Positions 13,285 to 20,000 of a stretch of 20,000 nucleotides of DNA are shown here, piece after piece. Made by a program: the position numbers and the translations under genes. The notes below the pieces were generated by a model. It was not told where the DNA came from. It did no database searches and saw nothing but the letters and a program-made list of their open reading frames with translations. The stretch is from Seison nebaliae (lineage: Eukaryota): contig JALJEE010000451.1 of assembly GCA_023231475.1 (NCBI GenBank), positions 46,200-66,199 on the forward strand, read 5' to 3'. Positions within the stretch are counted from its first letter, which is position 1, and each line of letters begins with the position of its first letter.

Positions 13285-14166
13285 TTATTTTCCTTTCTGT
13301 TCCATTAGACGATTTCTCATATTTGCATAGAATTCTGGTGGTAATGATGGTTTTCGACTTTTCACCCAATTCTCATGTAAATCGACTGCACGTCCTCTCG
13401 GATGTGAGACGATTCGATATCCGGTAACTGTTTCCGTTCGCTTATTATCATTCCGATGATGTCCCGTTTTCATTTTCCTTCGATAAATATTTTTATCTTC
13501 CATAATCGATGAGGAATTATTCGGATAATATTGATGTTGTTGATAATTGGTTATGGATGAAGGAGGAGGTACATTCTGTTGATAGTTTGGATAAGAATTA
13601 TTCGATTGAAATTGTTGTTGATTATATTGTGGTTGATGAGAATGATTGTTTACCGTTTGTTGATGGTTCGAATGATATTGATGATTCTTATTATATAATG
13701 GTTGTTGATAATTGGGGAGAGTGGGAAGATTATTGTTGAGATCATAGGAATAATGATCTGGTTTTTCATAAGTTCTTTTGGGAAGTAATGATGGATGAGA
13801 TAAAGTGAGAGGATATGAATTATCCAAATCGCCCGAGATATCATAATAAGTAGTTTGGGAGGACATGTTGGAGAAATCGACAGGAATATGTCGCGTATAC
13901 GTCATGGAACGATTAGCAGATAATGGTGATGAATATCGGAAATTTGAAGATGATGACGATAACGAAGAAGTTGACGAAGACAACTTATTTCTCCGTTTCG
14001 ATGTTCCATAATAATCGTTCATTGGCAAATTATCTTTTCGACCTATATCATAAGCAACCGTATCATAAATGGTGGAGGTGTTATCTGATAAAATTGAATA
14101 GTTCTCATCTGAATTATAGTTGGATGATTTCGCTGTAGAATAAATATAAGTTCTGCTTCGACTCAT
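13285..14166 (-). CDS. Hypothetical intronless ~293-aa protein, Ser/Asn/Gln/Tyr-rich low complexity
   Basis: 882-nt ATG-initiated open frame in AT-rich DNA (MSRSRTYIYS...RLMEQKGK*). No family recognised. Confidence 0.75.
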   Translation of the reverse strand: MSRSRTYIYSTAKSSNYNSDENYSILSDNTSTIYDTVAYDIGRKDNLPMNDYYGTSKRRNKLSSSTSSLSSSSSNFRYSSPLSANRSMTYTRHIPVDFSNMSSQTTYYDISGDLDNSYPLTLSHPSLLPKRTYEKPDHYSYDLNNNLPTLPNYQQPLYNKNHQYHSNHQQTVNNHSHQPQYNQQQFQSNNSYPNYQQNVPPPSSITNYQQHQYYPNNSSSIMEDKNIYRRKMKTGHHRNDNKRTETVTGYRIVSHPRGRAVDLHENWVKSRKPSLPPEFYANMRNRLMEQKGK

Positions 14167-14584
14167 TTCCCTTTCGATTCTCTTCAATAATTTTATTCTT
14201 TTGTCAATTTCCTTCTCATTCCACTTCGATCACAATCACCTATTAATCAATTACATCGTTACTATGACATTCCTATTCCATTGTTATATTTCACTTTCTA
14301 TCATCATCATATCATCATCCAACCTTCTCATTATTGTCATATAATGGCATTATTCTTCTAAATTTTTGCTTGCAATTCAACCTAATAATTATTATGAACA
14401 TATCTCATAAAACTCTAATTTCTAATCCTTTTACCCCGAATTATAATTCAACTTCAATTAACCTCTGTTAACAAACATTAACATCAGGAAACGGTTTCAA
14501 TTTGAGAGAGAGAGTTATTGAAAATAAACGAAAGAAATTTGAAATTTATTCAAACAAAATGCGAAATTAATTTCCAATTGTCTG

Positions 14585-17500
14585 TTACTCACTCTCTGCC
14601 GCCTGCTCTACTCCAGCAGTTACTTTGATATAATCCGTCAGTACTTTTTCTGCACTCATTGAAGGATATTGGCCAACCGTAGATGGTGGAACTTCGTCGT
14701 TATGGGCGAAAGATACTATATTTTGAAATCTCGAACATCTTGGTGATTCCAATTGATCATTCCTAATAAATTTCAACAGTTGTGCTCGAAGTCCCATTTC
14801 AAGATCCTTGTTTTGTGCATCAGAAGTGTCCGCTACCACATCAGTCCAAGCTACTGCCGAATCACCAATCTGGGCTGCTTTCGCTATGTCCAATGCATAA
14901 TCATAGTTGTCTGACATGAACTTTAAACGCATATCAACAAGTTTAAGCACAGTCCCCAAATCAGTAAAACGGCAATCACTCTTCAAACCATTGTAATTTT
15001 TTGTATAGACGAAAATATTACTTTCCTCCAATTTCGTATATTCCGTTTGTAATGCTTTTCCTTTACCACCCGGTTTCATTGCTGTATTGAATTTTGTCAG
15101 ATCGAAACCGTTGTCAGTACCGTCATCTTTGAGAACAGCTAGATATTTATAGCCAGTTGGCTCCACAAATTTTGTATCAAACTCCGCTTTGGCAACTGTT
15201 TCCTGAACCAATATCTCATTACATGTGGACAGTTTATCAGGGAAATAATGAGGTAAGATTTTCCCAAGGATATCTACATCAAACCGAATATGATTAATGA
15301 ACGATCAATGATAATTTCAATGATAATACCGACTTCTATATTTGACAAACATATCGACGCTTTTGAATAAATTATCCGCAGCGAGTTCACTTTTCACCAC
15401 TGTGTTTTTTAAAAATTGATTCGAAACAAATGTTTTACTTAGTATTCTCTCATTAATATTATTCTAACTATTTTTTAATATGTCATGTTTCTTATATGGT
15501 TGAACTTCTTCGAACGCTTTCTTGATTGCTGCCGTATCTGATAAGTCGCTTGGTAACGTCAAATGTTCTAGTGATTTATCTATTTTATCATATATTAGAA
15601 TTAGTGTAGAAATTTCAGAATGTTAACGATCTTCTTGAATATCTTTCGTTATCAGTTTTACCATTCCCAATTGTAGTTCTAACTCTAAAAGACCACCAAT
15701 TATCTTTCAATCAAAGTGAAAAGAGAAACCTTTAGCCAGACTCAATTCCAGCAGTGCCAATTCCTCTTTCGACATATGTCCAACTAAAATAATTTTTTAT
15801 TTATCACTCACAATCAAAATGATTAACCGACAATCTCTTCAATCTTCAAATTATCAGTAATCAATGAATTCTGCAGAGCTAAAAACATAATAAATTTCAA
15901 TTTTTTCATCCTTCCCACCATCAACTAACTAGATAATAAAATATCGATACTCTTTTGTTCCTCTGTCATACTCATCTTCAGGTTAGTTATCGTGTAAATC
16001 AGTTTCGCTAATTCCGCCATTTTATTCTTCAATTCTATCCTCTTCTCATTGTAGGCTGATTAAGAAATGTATTATTCGAATTAGTTATTTGATGAGACAA
16101 ACTGCTAGTGTCCGCCATAAATTCAGTTAATAATTTTTTCACGAATGATTTCAATGTTTCGATTGATTGATCTAACGTACGTATTAATGTCGTGACACAA
16201 TGATCATTTGAAAAGTAACCTGCTGTATAAATACTCTTGCTACTCGTCAAATGTATATCGTTCAATTTCTCCATTTCTTTCATATCACAATTACTTTTTA
16301 CACAAATTCTCAGAAGGATAAACCTCGTTCAATTGCCACTAATTGTTTCTGAGAGATTTCATTCGATTGTCTCAACGAAGAAAGTTCAGATTCTAAACGA
16401 AGAATTCACATAAAAAAACCAATTTTGGAATGTTAACGGAGTAATACTAATTCATCTTTCAACGATTGTTTCTTGCCAATTTGATTATAGAAAACTAAAG
16501 GAAACGTCCAGTGAAGATAACTAAATAATATGATGCTAACCAGTTTCCAGCGATTGTTGTTCTCGTTTCAAACGTGCTAGAATTGATCGTTTTTCCGTGA
16601 TCTTGTCGTCTATATCCATCTCCACCATTATACAGGGCAAAAACAATCAAAAAATAACCAAGAAGTGAAATATTTTTCATCGAAGCCGCTCTCGTTGTAA
16701 ATTTGGAGACTTCGTTATAAATTGCGATTGTACTTTCCGTGTCATCAATTTTATGGTTAAGTAATCGAACATCTCGTTCTTAAGAAGAGATTTCTATGAA
16801 GGATTTTCCCCACATGAAATTGAGAAAAAAACTTAAAAATTTCTCTTGTTCTAAAATGTCATCCAAATCTGTTTAAATTTTGAAAATAATAATCATGAAT
16901 CATGATGAACCATAAGAGAAATGGTTAACATGATTGTAGTGGCATATTGTTTGTCAAAACTTCATTGAGTATATGCTCCAACACACGACTTCCTTTTCAC
17001 ACACATTTATTATTGAATTCATACATCATAAATGATTCGTTAACTTAATTTTGATTTTTTGAATAACGATTCTCTTTCTTCAAATTTATTTTTTGCCGAA
17101 TTGATTCTTCCGTCTATCTCATCGACTTTATTATGAATCTTTTTCAATTCTTTCTCCTTTTCTACGTATCCTTCGAAAGACACAATCATTTCAACATCTA
17201 CACACATTTCTTTCTAACCTTTCTCTAAAGTGTCTAATTTCAATTTATTCTCCAATAATTTCGACTCTGTTATTGCTTGTTGCTGATCTATATTTGAAAA
17301 AATGAAAACTCTCTCTAAACTGAACGATTGAACACAAACCAAGAATTCGATATTCTCCTTTTTGTTTTGTTAATTTCTCACCTAAATATCAATTTTAGAG
17401 AGGAGACAAATCCACCCACTTTTCCCATTAATCGAACTAACTCATATATCGAATATCTTCCGTTTCCTTTATGTCATTACTCTTTCGATTTTCTACCACT

Positions 17501-18168
17501 AATTTTCAGGAATATTCACTTAATTTCAAAATGGGGAATATGATTAACTATCTCCCAAACGAGTCAGATAACGCTGTTGATCTAACAATTGTCTAAAGAT
17601 GGGAACTGAATTTTTTCTTAGAATTATCATTGATATTAAAATGAAAACCGTTGCCTTCCAACCCACTAAGTTTGGATTGCCAAAATTCGAATTCTTTTTT
17701 AAAGAGTAAATTAAAAGGTATAAAAATGCGGAATAAACCCAATCGTTTTTCTCCCAAAGTTCTTATCAAATTTTTTTCCTTCATTTCTGTTCGGCAACAA
17801 ATGAAAATAATCTATGAATTAGGAAATGTAACTCTCAAACTCCTTGGCCTTTATTGGAGAGAATTCAATTCTTTCAAATTCATTCCCCTTCGACCACTCA
17901 ACTTTATCTTCCTTGTATGGTGAGATGAAGGAAGGAGTTATGATTTTTTCATCATTATTATTCTCCCCATAATTATAATTATAGTCATAACCATATGTAT
18001 CATAAGAATAGCCTATTTGGATTATTATAGAAAGAAAAACTGAGAAATATTTTAAATGAACTGGATGCAGACGACTGTTCCACTAGAACTACATTAACAA
18101 TAAATGATGGAATAAAATCATTAGAAAAATTAACATAAGACAACACTGCACAAGTAAATAATAATCAT
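14585..18168 (-). CDS. Secreted coiled-coil micro-exon protein, 25 exons, ~792 aa, unknown family
   Basis: Exons (5'->3'): 18168-18135, 18088-18062, 18012-17833, 17786-17739, 17693-17649, 17605-17549, 17498-17442, 17381-17340, 17287-17219, 17170-17045, 16992-16930, 16868-16833, 16778-16659, 16609-16541, 16494-16438, 16392-16324, 16276-16220, 16171-16103, 16055-15930, 15878-15828, 15783-15730, 15684-15628, 15579-15469, 15399-15334, 15273-14585. The spliced frame (2379 nt) is stop-free, begins with signal-peptide-like MIIIYLCSVVLFLVEQSSA and is E/K/L-rich and heptad-like. Every intron is a 43-69 nt GT-AG. Confidence 0.85.
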
Positions 18169-18929
18169 AATTCAATAGTTTTCCGAGAGAGATTCCTTGG
18201 ATGGTCGGTCTTATCATTAAATATAAATAGTACTTACAGAATCCAAAGAAAACATTTGACACATGATTCCTAAAACTTACTTGCTGTCCATTCAATTTCA
18301 TTTATAGAAAGTACCACTTCAATAACAATAACCGTTTAAGGTTTCAACATTTTACCTTCTTCATCGAATATTATGTATCGTTTAATTTATGTTAATATAA
18401 GAGATTTGTCCGAAATCCATACTAACCATCGATTAATTAACCGTTGGAAATAATTATTGAAAAATTTCTTTTTTATATCCATCACATTGGATTGTTTCGA
18501 TTCGAAATTAACTATAGTGACCTACAACTAATAATGGTACAATCTTATCTGGAAAATATCTGGCGGAAAATTTTAGAACTAGAACAAAAGTGGAAAATTC
18601 GGCAATTTTAAAGCACGCAAAAAAGTAAACTGATTTAACGGTCAGCATATAGGAATAGCAATCAAATAAACTGCATCATTCATATTTATGAATTAGTGGT
18701 TCAATATTCAATGTGTTCTTCATTTATTAAATACAGTACTTATTTATGGAAATAGATAGTAGAGAAACTAACAATATGTAATTGTAAGACGATAGCAATA
18801 TCTTAATATCGCCAATTATCGGAACTACAGAAAGCGTGTACAAATTTAAGCTGTGAGCACCTTTTTTGCTCGATGTGTAATAGTCTTACCACAAAATAAT
18901 AGAATTGTGATTTTGGACAATAGAAAAAA

Positions 18930-19533
18930 GTCTTCGAAATTGACTGATTACATTAGATGCAAATTTTTGCGGAAGTTCTATTCTTTCTTTCTTCGTTGCA
19001 AATTCTTTCCTATTTCGCTGAAAGTTCGATTGTTTATAACTTATGGCTGTGATTTCTATGGTCTCGCTGCCTCATTATCGTCAACTCATAAGTCATTACG
19101 ATCACTCGATCGAACATACAACAGAACAATACGAATGTTACTCGGTTTTGGTAAACCTTTCAACAGAGCCTTCATGTTCTCTATCTCGGAGCTGAAGCCC
19201 TTAACACTTCTTCTCGCGGTTTGGTACGTTAAATTACTAGAATCTGTAACTTCTTCCGATTTTCCGATTCCATATTTTAATCAATGTGAGATATTCTCTT
19301 CTCCTATCAACTTCTTTTCGCTTTATTATTCATTAACGGTACCTACTTCTCTGGAGGCCGCCCGCTCTATGATCAACAACAATACCTAATATCGATTCCT
19401 TCATTCCTGACTCTTTACGTACTCACGTGGAGCAGGGTAAATCACTTATTTCCAATAACTCATCTGATGAGTTATCTCGTTTCCTTTATAATTTACCCCA
19501 CGGGGATTTGTTGTATTAATAAAAAAAAAAAAA
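18930..19533 (+). mobile_element. 5'-truncated non-LTR retrotransposon (LINE): ORF2 C-terminus, 3' UTR and poly(A) tail
   Basis: ORF segment RKFYSFFLRCKFFPISLKVRLFITYGCDFYG...LDRTYNRTIRMLLG...AFMF resembles the post-RT region of LINE ORF2 proteins (recognised from memory, clade not assigned). Stop at 19389, AATAAA at 19518 running into A13 (19521-19533). No RT core upstream; the 5' boundary is approximate. Confidence 0.75.
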
Positions 19534-19728
19534 CTATTGCTGTAGATCATCATCAAACGGTCATAGATCTGAATAATTGAATTTGCATAAGTAATAGATA
19601 TAGAATAAAAGAAATCATCAATAATACAAGTTGATTTTTAATGTATAAGTGACGTTTCTTTCATTTTCTTTTTCTCCATAAAAGTTTATTATGGAACATC
19701 ATTTTTTAGATTCTTCAAAATGGCCAAC

Positions 19729-19900
19729 TATTCACCTCTAACCACTTATTGACCACATACCTCTTACTGACCGTGTATCACATATTCACCACTAACCACT
19801 TATTGACCACATACCACTTACTGACCGTGTATCACATATTCACCACAAACCACATATTCACCACTAACCACTTATTGACCACATACCACTGATTGACCAC
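19729..19900. repeat. Minisatellite: ~9.5 copies of an 18-bp unit with a 54-bp higher-order repeat
   Basis: Units A tattcaccactaaccact, B tattgaccacataccact and C tactgaccgtgtatcaca in the order A B C A B C A' A B, then a partial unit. Confidence 0.92.
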
Positions 19901-20000
19901 CAGAATTAAAAGGACCAACCACCAATCGTTCATACTTATTGATTATTATTTTCACTTCCACTGTTAGCTCTCCGGGCTACATATGTCGATAAGCTCTAAA

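Noticed and set aside
44..14138. Numerous short antisense or alternate-frame ORFs inside UPF1, b561, ABHD13, DDB1 and the orphan gene
   Set aside because: Shadow frames of real coding sequence with no recognisable protein features.
16495..16680. ORF MKNISLLGYFLIVFAL... resembling a small secreted peptide
   Set aside because: The hydrophobic stretch is translated T-rich intron 13 (16658-16610), and the ATG is an internal Met of exon 13 of the micro-exon gene.
3015..18134. Stop-codon reassignment or frameshifting to explain broken ORFs
   Set aside because: All breaks are resolved by short GT-AG introns, and genes end normally in TAA, TGA or TAG.
3015..18134. U12-type (minor) introns as the cause of the odd donors
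   Set aside because: No RTATCCTT donor consensus and no AT-AC ends.
136..18168. Functional link between UPF1 (NMD) and the NMD-neutral symmetric-exon gene nearby
   Set aside because: Proximity in a dense eukaryotic genome is not evidence of co-function.
19464..19500. CTGATGA resembling a hammerhead ribozyme core
   Set aside because: No downstream GAAA or compatible stem II/III, and the motif is buried in a simple hairpin.
18780..19550. Target-site duplication around the LINE
   Set aside because: No convincing direct repeat of the post-poly(A) sequence (CTATTGCTG) was found upstream.
19729..19900. Repeat array as CRISPR or telomere
   Set aside because: Units are contiguous with no unique spacers, there are no cas genes, the context is eukaryotic, and the unit is not a short telomeric repeat.

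Overview
AT-rich, gene-dense eukaryotic DNA, probably from a fast-evolving invertebrate with a compact genome (organism not identifiable with confidence). Introns are 43-76 nt. Reconstructed by hand: UPF1 (+, 136-4247, 2 introns), cytochrome b561 (-, 5002-5872, 2 introns), an ABHD13-like alpha/beta hydrolase (-, 6357-7692, 1 intron), an expanded DDB1 (+, 7964-13262, 4 introns), an orphan low-complexity ORF (-, 13285-14166), a 5'-truncated LINE with poly(A) tail (+, ~18930-19533) and an 18/54-bp minisatellite. Two observations stand out. (1) The region 14585-18168 (-), which the ORF track shows only as fragments, is one 25-exon gene for a ~792-aa secreted coiled-coil protein. All 24 introns are phase 1 and all 23 internal exons are multiples of 3 nt, a micro-exon cassette architecture with a recurring 57+69=126 nt (6-heptad) module. 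(2) 32 of 33 inferred introns in the window begin GTT rather than GTRAG, and 8 end in AAG, which suggests a derived splice-site code.
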